DNA of 32,000 bases from Gemmata obscuriglobus (GTDB lineage Bacteria > Planctomycetota > Planctomycetia > Gemmatales > Gemmataceae). Location of the stretch: positions 510,001 through 542,000 of the forward strand of contig NZ_CP042911.1 in the NCBI RefSeq assembly GCF_008065095.1. Reading direction: 5' to 3'. Positions within the stretch are counted from its first letter, which is position 1. The number at the start of each line of letters is the position of its first letter. The notes under the pieces were generated by a model. The model searched no databases, was not told the origin of the DNA, and was given only the letters and a program-made list of their open reading frames with translations. This document shows, one piece after another, positions 19,924 to 29,047 of this stretch. The position numbers and the translations under genes are program-made.

Positions 19924-21057
19924 ATGCCCGAGGCGAACAACGAGGATGCTCCTGATATAGAGGACGCGCTGGTGCGGCGCGGCACCCGCACCGCGGCCCC
20001 GTCGGCGATCGCGTCCGGGCGCCACGCGATGTCGGTCGAGGTCGCGCTCACCGTGTTCCGCCAGATGCTCCGCACCCGCGCCCTTGAGGAGCGGAGCATC
20101 AAGATGTCCAAGTCCGGCGAGGCCTACTTCTGGATCGGCGGCCCCGGCGAGGAGGCGTTCAACGTCTGCCTCGGGCTCCAAATCAACAGGGGGCGGGGGC
20201 CGGCCCACGACTACCTGCACTTGCACTACCGCAACGCCGGGGTGATGCTCGCGATGGGCATGCCGATGATCGACCACACCCGCCAGTTGGCGATGCGGGC
20301 GACCGACCGGCACTCCCGCGGGCGCAACTTCGTGGGGCACTACGCGGTTCCCGAGTGGAACGTGGTACCGGTCACGAGCGTGATCGAGGTGCAGTTCGCG
20401 ATGGCCCCCGGGACGGCACTCGTGCAGAAGCGGCACGGCCTCAAGAACCCGGCCGAGGCCGAAGGCATCACGGTCGTGGTGGGCGGCGAGGCGGGCACCG
20501 CCGAGGGCGACTTCGAGAGCTGCCTGAACTGGAGCACCCGCCCCGGCAACGAGTTGCCCGTGCTGATGGTGGTCACCAACAACAACTACGGCATCTCGAC
20601 GGACCTGGGCACGGTCCACGCGCACCGCCCCATCGCGGACCGCGCGATCCCCTACGGTGTCCGCTGCGAAACGATCAACGGGAACGACCCGGTGGCGGCG
20701 TGGCACGGCATCGACCGCGCGATGCGGTACTGCCGGCGCGAGCGCAAGCCGTACCTGCTCGAGGCCGTCGTGAGCCGACTGCACGGCCACTCTTCCTCGA
20801 GCGGAGCCCAGCGGAACTGGACCGAGGCGGACCCGATCGCGGCGTTCGAGCAGAAATTGATCGACGCCCGCGCGATCGACGCCCCGACCGTGCGCGTCAT
20901 GAAAGAAGAGGCCAAGGCCGAGGCCGACGCGGCGGTCGTGGCGACGATGAAGGAGCCCGAACCGAGCCGCGACGACGTGTACGCCGGGACCTACGCCCCC
21001 AGCCCCGCCGACGCGGTGTACCCGGGCGACTACACCGGTCTGCCGGGGATTAAATAA
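19924..21057 (+). CDS. Thiamine-diphosphate-dependent 2-oxoacid dehydrogenase E1 component, alpha subunit
   Basis: This is the only credible part of the 1511-aa ORF 16522-21057. TPP motif 'VVVGGEAGTAEGDF...VLMVVTNNNYGIS'; also 'YRNAGVMLAMG' and 'RLHGHSSSSG'. Substrate specificity (branched-chain, pyruvate or acetoin) is not resolvable by eye. Confidence 0.9.
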   Translation: MPEANNEDAPDIEDALVRRGTRTAAPSAIASGRHAMSVEVALTVFRQMLRTRALEERSIKMSKSGEAYFWIGGPGEEAFNVCLGLQINRGRGPAHDYLHLHYRNAGVMLAMGMPMIDHTRQLAMRATDRHSRGRNFVGHYAVPEWNVVPVTSVIEVQFAMAPGTALVQKRHGLKNPAEAEGITVVVGGEAGTAEGDFESCLNWSTRPGNELPVLMVVTNNNYGISTDLGTVHAHRPIADRAIPYGVRCETINGNDPVAAWHGIDRAMRYCRRERKPYLLEAVVSRLHGHSSSSGAQRNWTEADPIAAFEQKLIDARAIDAPTVRVMKEEAKAEADAAVVATMKEPEPSRDDVYAGTYAPSPADAVYPGDYTGLPGIK

Positions 21058-21064
21058 GAACGAG

Positions 21065-21159
21065 AAGCGTGTTCGCCGCAGAGGGCGCGGAGAGAAGAAC
21101 GGGAGAACGAACCCGACTCTGGTTTCTCTCCGTGCCCTCTGCGGCGAACACGCTTTTTT
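21065..21159 (+). terminator. 32-bp-stem hairpin (one G-U) followed by a T6 run, located between the E1alpha and E1beta genes
   Basis: Arms 21065-21096 and 21124-21155 pair with a single G-U; the loop is ~27 nt. The T-run 21154-21159 overlaps the 3' end of the stem. It has intrinsic-terminator geometry but sits inside an apparent operon. Confidence 0.45.
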
Positions 21160-21187
21160 CTCCCTCCTTGCTCCCGGGAGGAGCCCG

Positions 21188-22243
21188 ATGGCGAACATGG
21201 CTCAGGCAGTGCGGATGGCGCTGCATTACGGCGAAAAGCACCTCGGCGTGACGGACGTGTTCGGCGAGGACGTCGGCCCGCCGCTCGGCGGCGTGTTCAC
21301 CGCGACGCAGGGCCTCAAGACCGCCTGGAACACCCCCCTCGACGAGCGCGGCATCATCGGCACCGCGATGGGCATCGCCTACGCCGGCGGGCGCCCGGTG
21401 TGCGAGATCCAGTTCTGCGACTACGCGTTCAACGTCCTCGACATGTTCAAGATCGCGGGCAACCAGCGGTGGGCCAGCGGCGGCGGGTTCGACATGCCGC
21501 TGGTCGTGATGACGCCCAACGGGGCCGGCATCCGCGGCAGCCTGTACCACTCGCACAGCTTCGAGAGCTGGGCCAGCCGGCTCGCGGGCTGGAAGGTCGT
21601 GATGCCGTCGAACGCGCGCGACGCCTACGGGCTGATGCTCGCGGCGATCAAGGACCCGAACCCGGTGCTGGTGCTGCTCCCGAAGGCGCTGCTCCGCGCG
21701 AAGGACCCGCGCCTGATCCCCGGCGAGCCCGCCGACCCGGACGAACTCGGCCGCATGATCGACGCCCCGGTCGGGGACCGCACCGGCTGGGAGCCGAACT
21801 GGCCGGAATTGGAAGACTACACGATCCCGATCGGCACCGCGGAGCGGGTCCGTGAGGGGGCGTCCGGTACGGTCATCAGCTACGGCCGCACGCTCCCCCT
21901 GTGCGTGCAGGCGGCGGACGAACTGGCGCACCGGAACCACGCGTTCGACGTGATCGACCTGCGGAGCATCTTCCCCTACGACTGGGAGCTGATCTCCCGG
22001 AGCGTGCTGAAGACGGGGCGCGTGCTGATCGTGAACGAGGACACGGAAGTCACCAACTTCGGCGAGCACCTGTTGCGCCGGGTCGTTGACGAGCACTTCT
22101 ACGACTTGGTGGTGCGGCCTCGGACCCTGATGGGCAAACACGTTCCGGGGATCGGCATGAACCAGAACTACGAGCTGAACAGCGTCCCGCAACTGGGCGA
22201 CATCCGCGCCGCGATGTGGGCGCTGGCGACGGAAGCCGCGTAG
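21188..22243 (+). CDS. 2-oxoacid dehydrogenase E1 component, beta subunit
   Basis: GGGAGGAG RBS at 21176-21183. 'MAQAVRMAL...VFGEDVG..GGVF..T.GL', 'NTPLDERGIIGTAMGIAYAGGRPVCEIQFCDY', 'WKVVMPSNARDAYGLMLAAIKDPNPVLVL'. Confidence 0.95.
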   Translation: MANMAQAVRMALHYGEKHLGVTDVFGEDVGPPLGGVFTATQGLKTAWNTPLDERGIIGTAMGIAYAGGRPVCEIQFCDYAFNVLDMFKIAGNQRWASGGGFDMPLVVMTPNGAGIRGSLYHSHSFESWASRLAGWKVVMPSNARDAYGLMLAAIKDPNPVLVLLPKALLRAKDPRLIPGEPADPDELGRMIDAPVGDRTGWEPNWPELEDYTIPIGTAERVREGASGTVISYGRTLPLCVQAADELAHRNHAFDVIDLRSIFPYDWELISRSVLKTGRVLIVNEDTEVTNFGEHLLRRVVDEHFYDLVVRPRTLMGKHVPGIGMNQNYELNSVPQLGDIRAAMWALATEAA

Positions 22244-22376
22244 CGAGCGGTGCGCTCGGGCGTTCGTGTGCCGTGTTTTGCTACCGGCGCCCACCTTTGC
22301 GGTAGCCGGCGGCGCGGTTCCGCCCCACACCAAACACGGAACGCCACGTACTCAACACGAGCCCGAAGGGCGCATC

Positions 22377-23720
22377 ATGGACTTTCCTCTCCCGCCGGTC
22401 GGCGAAGGCTTGCTCGAAGTGGAACTGGTCCGATGGCTCGTGCGGGCCGGGGACGTGGTCGCACGCGGGCAGGGGCTGGCCGAGGTGATGTCGGACAAGG
22501 CGAGCATGGAAGTGCCGTCGCCGTTCGCGGGTACGATCACCGCGCTGGCCGCGACGCCGGGAACGAAAATCAAGGTCGGACAGGCGATCCTAAGTTACGA
22601 CGCGGTCGGTGATCGATCAGCGCTCCCGGCCGGGGTGAAAGATAATTCGCCCTCCGGCCCCCTTCCTGAAGGGAAGGCGAGTTCGACGGACACCTTCAGT
22701 GAACTCCATTTGCAAGGCGTGTTGGACGCTCCGTCTCTCCCGCTCCCTGAAGGGAGCGGGAGAGACGGGGCATCTTCCACGGCTGCGGGCACCAATGGCC
22801 ACTCAGCCCCGCTCCCGCCCGCGGCCCCGTCTGTTCGGCTGCTGGCCCGCAAGTTCGGCGTCGATCTGGCCCGTGTTCGCGGAACCGGGCCGCATGGGCG
22901 CATTCTTCTCGACGACCTGACGCCGTTCCTTACTCCGAAATCCAACGGAGAGGCGCGCCCGGCCGCCACGAACAAGACAGACACCTCGAAGTTGGATTTC
23001 GGCGTCGCGGGCACGCGCCAAAAGCTGATCGGGCTGCGGCGGCGGGTCGCCGAGCGCATGGTCGAATCGAAACGGCACATCCCGCATTACTCGTACATCG
23101 ACGAGTGCGATCTGACCGACGCGGTGAAGCTCCGCAACCAGTTGCGCGAGCCGCTCGCGAAGGCCGGGGTGAAGCTCACGTACCTGGCGTTCTTCGTGAA
23201 GGCGGTGGCGCGGGCGCTGAAAGAAGTGCCGATCGTGAACAGCACGTATGACGAGGCCGCGGGCGAGGTCGCGCTGCACGACCGGTACCACATCGGTGTG
23301 GCCGTCGCGGCCCCGGGCGGGTTGCTGGTGCCCGTCGTGCGCGACGCCGACAAGAAGGACATCGCGACCATCGCCGCGGACATCGACCGGCTCAGCAGCG
23401 ATGCCAAAGCCGGGCGAAGCAAGATCGATGACTTGCGCGGGAGCACGTTCACAGTCACGTCGGTGGGCGGGATCGGCGGGCTGATCTCGACACCGATCAT
23501 CAACTACCCGGAGGTCGGCATTATGGGTGTCGGCAAGGTGGTGAAACGCCCCACCTACGACGCCAACGGCGCGCTGAAGCCGTCGGACATCGTTTTCCTG
23601 TCGTTCTCGTTCGACCACCGCGTTCTAGACGGAGCGATCGGGGCCGCGTTCGGCAACGCGGTAGTGCGGTACCTGCAAACCCCGGCCGTGCTACTGCTGC
23701 CGGAGGCGTTCGGAGGCTGA
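22377..23720 (+). CDS. Dihydrolipoamide acyltransferase (E2) of a 2-oxoacid dehydrogenase complex
   Basis: ATG 22377. The lipoyl domain has 'EVMSDKASMEVPSPFAG'. The subunit-binding domain has 'PSVRLLARKFGVDLARVRGTGPHGRILLDDL'. The catalytic domain has 'SFSFDHRVLDGA'. Confidence 0.93.
   Translation: MDFPLPPVGEGLLEVELVRWLVRAGDVVARGQGLAEVMSDKASMEVPSPFAGTITALAATPGTKIKVGQAILSYDAVGDRSALPAGVKDNSPSGPLPEGKASSTDTFSELHLQGVLDAPSLPLPEGSGRDGASSTAAGTNGHSAPLPPAAPSVRLLARKFGVDLARVRGTGPHGRILLDDLTPFLTPKSNGEARPAATNKTDTSKLDFGVAGTRQKLIGLRRRVAERMVESKRHIPHYSYIDECDLTDAVKLRNQLREPLAKAGVKLTYLAFFVKAVARALKEVPIVNSTYDEAAGEVALHDRYHIGVAVAAPGGLLVPVVRDADKKDIATIAADIDRLSSDAKAGRSKIDDLRGSTFTVTSVGGIGGLISTPIINYPEVGIMGVGKVVKRPTYDANGALKPSDIVFLSFSFDHRVLDGAIGAAFGNAVVRYLQTPAVLLLPEAFGG
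22730..22767. repeat. Perfect 17-bp-stem / 4-nt-loop palindrome inside the E2 coding sequence (inter-domain linker)
   Basis: ccgtctctcccgctccc-tgaa-gggagcgggagagacgg, translated in frame as 'PSLPLPEGSGRDG'. A weaker related palindrome, ccttcc-tgaag-ggaagg, lies at 22660-22676 ('PLPEGK'). Confidence 0.95.
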
Positions 23721-23774
23721 GGGGGGTATAGCCACCGGACATATGCACCGCCCAACACTGTGAGAACACGGCTC

Positions 23775-23824
23775 GAAACGTCACACCGGCCGCCGAAACG
23801 ATTCGGCGGCCGGTGTGACGTTTC
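23775..23824. terminator. Perfect 23-bp-stem hairpin (loop acga) between convergent genes; likely a bidirectional terminator
   Basis: gaaacgtcacaccggccgccgaa (23775-23797) is the exact reverse complement of 23802-23824. It lies 55 nt after the E2 stop and 21 nt after the stop of the minus-strand Gly-rich protein gene. U-tracts are short. Confidence 0.55.
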
Positions 23825-23844
23825 AGCGGGCCGTCAGCGCGGAC

Positions 23845-25176
23845 TCAATTCTTCTTCGACCACGGGTTGCCCTTCCGGTCTCCCTTCTCGCCGCGGTCAC
23901 CCTTCTCGCTGCGATCACCCTTCTCGCTGCGATCGCCCTTGCTACCCGATTCACCGCCCTTGGGGCCGCTCCAACCGCCAGGGCCGCCGCCCCAGCTACC
24001 GGAACCCTTGCTCCGCGTGTTCGAGCCGTCGCCGCCGGACGACGGACCGGTCGGCCCCAACCCCCACGAGCCGGGCCGCGTGCCGGTTTCTTCGTAGGTG
24101 GCGATTTTCTTGTCGATGCTCTGCTGGCGGGTGAACCGCAGGTACTCGTCGGCGGTCACGAGCCCGTCGCCGTTCAGATCCATTTCCGTGAACTCGTCAA
24201 TGTCTCTTTTCTTCTTGCGCCATTCGTAGAGTCCGATCTGGCCATCCTGGTCGGTGTCGTACTCATCGAACCACGACGGGAGATCTTTCGGCAACTTGCC
24301 GTACCGCATTGCGACCGGGCGCTCTTCCTCGGTTTCCTTTTTCTCGGGCGGACGCTGCATGTCCCCCCAACCGCCGCCCCAACCGCCACCGTTGTTAGGA
24401 TCCCAGCCGCCGGGGCCATTGGGGCCGCCAGGGCCTCCCGGACCGAATCGGCCGCGGTCGCCGCCCGGTCCGCCGTTCGGGTTGTTTTGAGAGTTCGCGG
24501 CCCGTGCCGCCTCGTTCCGGGCGTGGTGGTCGAGGTACTGCACCTTCGACATGATGCCCGATTCCGGCAGCGGGACACCACCGCTTCGCTCAATCATGCC
24601 TTTCATCCACTCGCGCGTTTGCGGAGGGATTGCACCGAGGTCCACGGTGTCGCCGCTGCTGTTCGTCAGCCGTTGGAGCATCTGCCAGCCGCGCTCCGGG
24701 TCCATCCCGCCGCGTCCGCCCATCCCGCCACCGCCACCACCGCCACCACCCGGACCACGCCCGCCAAACCCGCCCTGATCGCCGCCGGGCTGGCCGAAGT
24801 TGCCGCCACCAGGGCCACGCCCGCCAAATCCGCCCTGATCGCCACCACCGGGTTGACCACCGCCGAAGCCACCCCTACCGCCGAAACCGCCGCCCGGTTG
24901 ACCGCCGCCGAAGCCACCGCCGCCCGGTTGACCACCGCCGAAGCCACCTCTACCGCCGAAGCCACCGCCGCCCGGTTGACCACCGCCGAAGCCGCCGCCG
25001 TCAGGCTGACCGGAAGCGCCGCCACTGGGCTGACCGAAGCTGGCCGGGTTGAAGCCGCCGCTACCCTTACCACCCTTACCGCCTTTGCCACCGCCGAACT
25101 GTGCCGGGGTCGGTGTCGGGTCGAGTAAGACGATCAGGCCGAGCATCCCGGAGAACGCGAGGCACTTCTTCCACAT
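23845..25176 (-). CDS. Secreted glycine-rich low-complexity protein with a C-terminal EF-hand pair
   Basis: ATG 25176 gives the signal peptide 'MWKKCLAFSGMLGLIVLL'. About 130 aa of GGFGG/GQPGGG/GGRGG repeats follow. EF-hand loops are 'DTDQDGQIGLYE' and 'DLNGDGLVTADE'. The C-terminal repeats are 'GDRSEKGDRSEKGDRGEKGDRKG'. Confidence 0.85.
   Translation of the reverse strand: MWKKCLAFSGMLGLIVLLDPTPTPAQFGGGKGGKGGKGSGGFNPASFGQPSGGASGQPDGGGFGGGQPGGGGFGGRGGFGGGQPGGGGFGGGQPGGGFGGRGGFGGGQPGGGDQGGFGGRGPGGGNFGQPGGDQGGFGGRGPGGGGGGGGGMGGRGGMDPERGWQMLQRLTNSSGDTVDLGAIPPQTREWMKGMIERSGGVPLPESGIMSKVQYLDHHARNEAARAANSQNNPNGGPGGDRGRFGPGGPGGPNGPGGWDPNNGGGWGGGWGDMQRPPEKKETEEERPVAMRYGKLPKDLPSWFDEYDTDQDGQIGLYEWRKKKRDIDEFTEMDLNGDGLVTADEYLRFTRQQSIDKKIATYEETGTRPGSWGLGPTGPSSGGDGSNTRSKGSGSWGGGPGGWSGPKGGESGSKGDRSEKGDRSEKGDRGEKGDRKGNPWSKKN
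23880..23940. repeat. Tandem 18-bp repeats (cacccttctcgctgcgat) encoding (GDRSEK)n
   Basis: Two identical units at 23898-23915 and 23916-23933 are flanked by degenerate copies. They lie within the CDS 23845-25176. Confidence 0.9.
24740..25010. repeat. Coding tandem repeats (60-bp and ~30-bp periods) specifying the GGFGG/RGG region
   Basis: ccacgcccgccaaa(c/t)ccgccctgatcgcc occurs at 24755 and 24815, exactly 60 bp apart. ccgcccggttgacc(a/g)ccgccgaagcc recurs at least three times between 24889 and 24995. Confidence 0.85.
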
Positions 25177-25506
25177 GGCACACCCCAGATGCGGGCAGAA
25201 TGGGTCAATGGTGATACTAACTCTAATGTGGCTCATGTGTCACGGTGCATTCGCCAAAGTCTCACAGCCCTTTCAGAAATCCCGACCCGCACCGATCGCC
25301 TGTTCCGCCGGGCTTAAAAACGTAATCCGCGGAGCGCCGAGACGCCCGAACCGTGAAACCCACCCGGCCAGGTGTTAATCGCAGCAACTTCTGCTCGTCA
25401 TTCCTTTTGGAACCCGCCACCCCGGTCGGTTACAGTGGGTTGTGAACTCCGCGTGACCTGCTCGTGAACCCGAGCACACTTCCGTGTTTCAGGGAAGGCC
25501 GAACTT

Positions 25507-28500
25507 ATGCGCTTGTACCTTCGCGCCCTCGTTCTCGCGGCCCTCACCTCCTCTCCCGCCGCCGCCCAAGAGCCGATCCGTTTCGCCCGCACACCGGACA
25601 TTTCCCCCGACGGAAAAACCGTCGCGTTTAGCTACCTCGGTGACATCTGGACCGTGGAGGCGATCGGCGGCGTCGCCCGGCCGGTAACGATGCACGAGGC
25701 CCACGACGTCAACCCGGTGTTCAGCCCCGACGGGCGGCTCATCGCGTTCTCCTCGAACCGGTTCGGCCAGTACGACGTGTTCGTGGTTTCGGCCGCCGGC
25801 GGCAAACCCCGGCGGCTGACCTTCGACAGCGCACCCGACATGGTGACCGGCTGGACCCCCGACGGGAAGGGGGTGGTGTTCTCGTCGCCGCGCTCGGTCG
25901 CGTACCCGATCAACACCGAGTGCTTCGTGGTGCCGGCCGAGGGCGGCGCCGAGCGCAAGCTGAACCTGTTCGAGGCGAAAGAGGCGTACTTCGCGCCCAC
26001 CGGCGGGGCGGTGGCGTTCGTCCGCGGCCCGGGCACGTGGTACCGCCGCGGCTACCGCGGGTCCAGCAACGACGACATCTGGATCAGCGGCCCGGACGGC
26101 TCCAACCCGAAGCGCGTCACCACGTTCGACGGCCAGGACTCCTACCCGATGTTCGCCCCGGACGCCCGGCAACTCTTCTACGTCACCGAGAGCCAGAGCA
26201 AGCCCGGGTGCGCGAACGTCGTGCGCCAGCCGCTCGCCCCCGACTTCACCCCGGCGGGGCCGGCGAAACGAATCACTGCCCACGACGACGATACCGTGCG
26301 CCGGGCGCGGCTCTCCGCGAACGGGGATTGGATCGTGTACGAACTCGGTGCCGACCTGTGGGTCGCGAGCGCCCGGAGCGACCTCCCGCCGCGCAAGCTC
26401 GCTATCGAGGTGAACGCCGACGACAAGTCGAACACCGAGCGCACCCACACCTACACCCGCGACGCCACCGAGTACGCGCTCGCGCCGGACGAGCAGCACG
26501 CGGTGCTGGTGATCCACGGCCAGTTGTTCCTCACCAAGGTCCCCGGCGGCGGCAAGGCCACGCGGCTCACCGAGCACGAGTTCGCGGACTCGAACCCGGC
26601 ATGGTCGCCGGACGGCAAGAAGATCCTCTTCGCCTCCGACCGCGGCGGCACGACGGACCTCTACGCGCTCGAAAGCGACGACCCCGAGCACTCCGAACTC
26701 GTCAAGGCCCACAAGTTCAAAACGACCAAGCTTACCGCCACTACCAGTGAGGAGTTGAACCCGACGTTCAGCCCGGCGGGGGATCGGGTCGCGTTCGTTC
26801 GCGAGGGTAAGCTCTGGCTGATGCGGCCCAACGGCTCCGAGCAGCGGGTCCTCGTGAGCGCCCAGAAGGTGCTCGACTACGACTGGGCGCCGGACGGCAA
26901 GCACATCGCGTACTGCCGCATGGACGGCTCGTTCGCGGCGGAGGTCTACATCCAGGCGACCGACGGAACCGGCACCCCGGTGAACGTGTCGCGGCACGCG
27001 ACGTGGAACAGTGACGTGTCGTGGAGCCGCACGAACGGGAAGCTGGCGTTCGTGGGCCAGCGCCGCGGCGCCTACGGCGTTCACGTGGTGTCGCTCCAGA
27101 AGCCTGTCGCCGACGGCGGCACCCGCCCCCCCGCGGACCAGATCGACTGGGACGACCTGCACCTGCGCGTCGAGCGCCCGACCACGATGAGCGCCGAATA
27201 CGGCACCGTCTCCCCGGACGGTTCACAGGTCGCGTTCCGATCGGCGTCCAGCGGCGACGACCTGTGGGTGGTGAGCAGCAACGGCCAGGCGCTCACCCGG
27301 ATGACGAACGGCAACCAGACGCCGAGCTGGATCCGGTGGTCGAAGAAGAGCCACGGAACCGTGTACTTTCTGAACGGGTCCGGACAGTTGTGCTACCTGC
27401 GCACCGGGTTCTCGTTCGGGAGCCCGCCGCTCGATCCGACCCGGGTGCCGTTCACCGCCAAGATCACGATCAGGCGGGACGAGGAGTTCAACGAGATGTT
27501 CGCGCAGTGCTGGCGGGCACTGTCGGACAACTTCTACGACCCCGCGCACCACGGGGCCGACTGGAGCGCGGTGCGGGCGAAGTTCCTGCCGCTCGTGGCC
27601 CACACCGCGACCCGCGAGGACCTGTACGCGCTCGTGTCGCTGATGCTCGGCGAACTGAACGCGTCGCACCTGGGGATCAGCGGGCGGATGCCAACACCGG
27701 ACGAGTGGACCGCCGACCTGGGGCTGATCTTCGACGAGACGTACACCGGCCCGGGGCTGAAGGTGCTCGAGGTGCTCAAGCGCGGCCCGGCGGACAAGCG
27801 CGGGCTGGATATCAAGCCCGGGGACGTAGTATTGGAGATCGACCGGGTGCCGCTCACGGCCGGGGTGAACGTCTCGAAGCTGTTGAACAACAAGATCGGC
27901 GAGGGGGTTCAGATCGAGTTCGCGTCCGACCCGAAGGACGCCAAGACGAAGCGCCGGGTGGAGATCATTGCCGCGAGCCGAACCCGCACGTCGCAGCTCA
28001 TGTACGAGCGGTGGGTCGAACTGAACGCCGCGGCGGTCGCGAAGGCCAGCAACGGCAAGGCCGGGTACATCCACATTCCGAGCATGGACGAGGCGGGGCT
28101 CGACGCGTTCGTGCGGGCGCTGTACTCGGACCACTTCGACAAGGAGTCCCTCGTCATCGACGTGCGGTTCAACGGCGGCGGGTTCACGCACGACCAGGTG
28201 CTGAACTACCTCGCCGGGAAGGAGCACACGTTCTTCAAGCAGCGCGACGGCGGCGAAGGGATGGTGCTGCGCGCCACCGACCGCAAGTGGACGAAGCCGA
28301 TGGTGGTGATGACCAACAACCGCTCGTACTCGGACGCGGAGATCTTCCCCCACGCGTTCCGCGCGCTGGGGCTGGGCAAGGTCGTGGGGCAGGCGACCGG
28401 CGGGTTCGTGATCGGCACCGGGAGCACGCGCCTGATCGACGGCTCGTCGTTCCGGCTGCCGCGTATCGGCGTGTACACCCGCGACGGTGTGAATATGGAA

Positions 28501-28770
28501 AATCAGGGCGTGGCGCCCGACGTGCCGGTAGAGGTGACGCCCGCGGACTGGGAGAAGGGGACCGACGGGCAACTTCTGAAGGCGGTAGAAGTCGTTTCGC
28601 AGGACGTGGCCGCGTGGAAGCGCGCGAAGGCCGGCGCCGCGGGCGGTGCAATCGGGGCCGTGCCCGTGCCCGCCGCAGCCCCGGCTCCGCCGCCGGTGGC
28701 GCCGATGCCGCACACGCGACCCGCGCCGAGCGCCCCGCGAACGGTCCGCATCCCGATGGCCGAGGAGTGA
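25507..28770 (+). CDS. Tricorn-protease-like S41-family peptidase (beta-propellers + PDZ + S41 catalytic domain), secreted
   Basis: Signal peptide 'MRLYLRALVLAALTSSPAAAQ'. The N-terminus 'PDISPDGKTVAFSYLGDIWTV' and repeated 'SPDG..I.F' PD40-like blades fit a tricorn propeller. PDZ-like 'GLKVLEVLKRGPADKRGLDIKPGDVVLEID'. S41 core 'VRFNGGGF' and 'MVVMTNNRSYSDAEIF...GQATGG'. Confidence 0.92.
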   Translation: MRLYLRALVLAALTSSPAAAQEPIRFARTPDISPDGKTVAFSYLGDIWTVEAIGGVARPVTMHEAHDVNPVFSPDGRLIAFSSNRFGQYDVFVVSAAGGKPRRLTFDSAPDMVTGWTPDGKGVVFSSPRSVAYPINTECFVVPAEGGAERKLNLFEAKEAYFAPTGGAVAFVRGPGTWYRRGYRGSSNDDIWISGPDGSNPKRVTTFDGQDSYPMFAPDARQLFYVTESQSKPGCANVVRQPLAPDFTPAGPAKRITAHDDDTVRRARLSANGDWIVYELGADLWVASARSDLPPRKLAIEVNADDKSNTERTHTYTRDATEYALAPDEQHAVLVIHGQLFLTKVPGGGKATRLTEHEFADSNPAWSPDGKKILFASDRGGTTDLYALESDDPEHSELVKAHKFKTTKLTATTSEELNPTFSPAGDRVAFVREGKLWLMRPNGSEQRVLVSAQKVLDYDWAPDGKHIAYCRMDGSFAAEVYIQATDGTGTPVNVSRHATWNSDVSWSRTNGKLAFVGQRRGAYGVHVVSLQKPVADGGTRPPADQIDWDDLHLRVERPTTMSAEYGTVSPDGSQVAFRSASSGDDLWVVSSNGQALTRMTNGNQTPSWIRWSKKSHGTVYFLNGSGQLCYLRTGFSFGSPPLDPTRVPFTAKITIRRDEEFNEMFAQCWRALSDNFYDPAHHGADWSAVRAKFLPLVAHTATREDLYALVSLMLGELNASHLGISGRMPTPDEWTADLGLIFDETYTGPGLKVLEVLKRGPADKRGLDIKPGDVVLEIDRVPLTAGVNVSKLLNNKIGEGVQIEFASDPKDAKTKRRVEIIAASRTRTSQLMYERWVELNAAAVAKASNGKAGYIHIPSMDEAGLDAFVRALYSDHFDKESLVIDVRFNGGGFTHDQVLNYLAGKEHTFFKQRDGGEGMVLRATDRKWTKPMVVMTNNRSYSDAEIFPHAFRALGLGKVVGQATGGFVIGTGSTRLIDGSSFRLPRIGVYTRDGVNMENQGVAPDVPVEVTPADWEKGTDGQLLKAVEVVSQDVAAWKRAKAGAAGGAIGAVPVPAAAPAPPPVAPMPHTRPAPSAPRTVRIPMAEE

Positions 28771-29047
28771 TGCCCGCAGCGCGACATCCCGGCCCGCCTT
28801 AGTAACCCGGTCGTGTTGCCATTCGCCTGTGCCGCGTGCGTGACAGAATCGCAGGCGCGCGATGCAGGGGTAATTTCGCAGCCCGACGATTCGTCGCTGG
28901 GCGGGTGCCGCCTTCCGGCGGCGGTTGCGCTCCGGCCCGGCGCCCGACCACGACTTTTCGGGTCGTGACAATTTCGTGAACGCGCGGTAAGCTTCTCATC
29001 ACCCGCCGCCTCCCGCCCTCCCGCGCTCACGTTTCAAGGTCGGACCC

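Noticed and set aside
24740-25010. Possible non-coding satellite or CRISPR-like repeats
   Set aside because: The repeats are in frame inside a well-supported CDS (signal peptide plus EF-hands) and simply encode the Gly-rich peptide repeats.
21050-28971. Minus- and plus-strand long ORFs 21050-22333 (-), 22803-23618 (-), 23815-25128 (+), 25489-27162 (-) and 27223-28971 (-)
   Set aside because: All are antisense to genes with strong family motifs (E1beta, E2, EF-hand protein, tricorn-like protease) and have low-complexity Arg/Gly/Pro composition.
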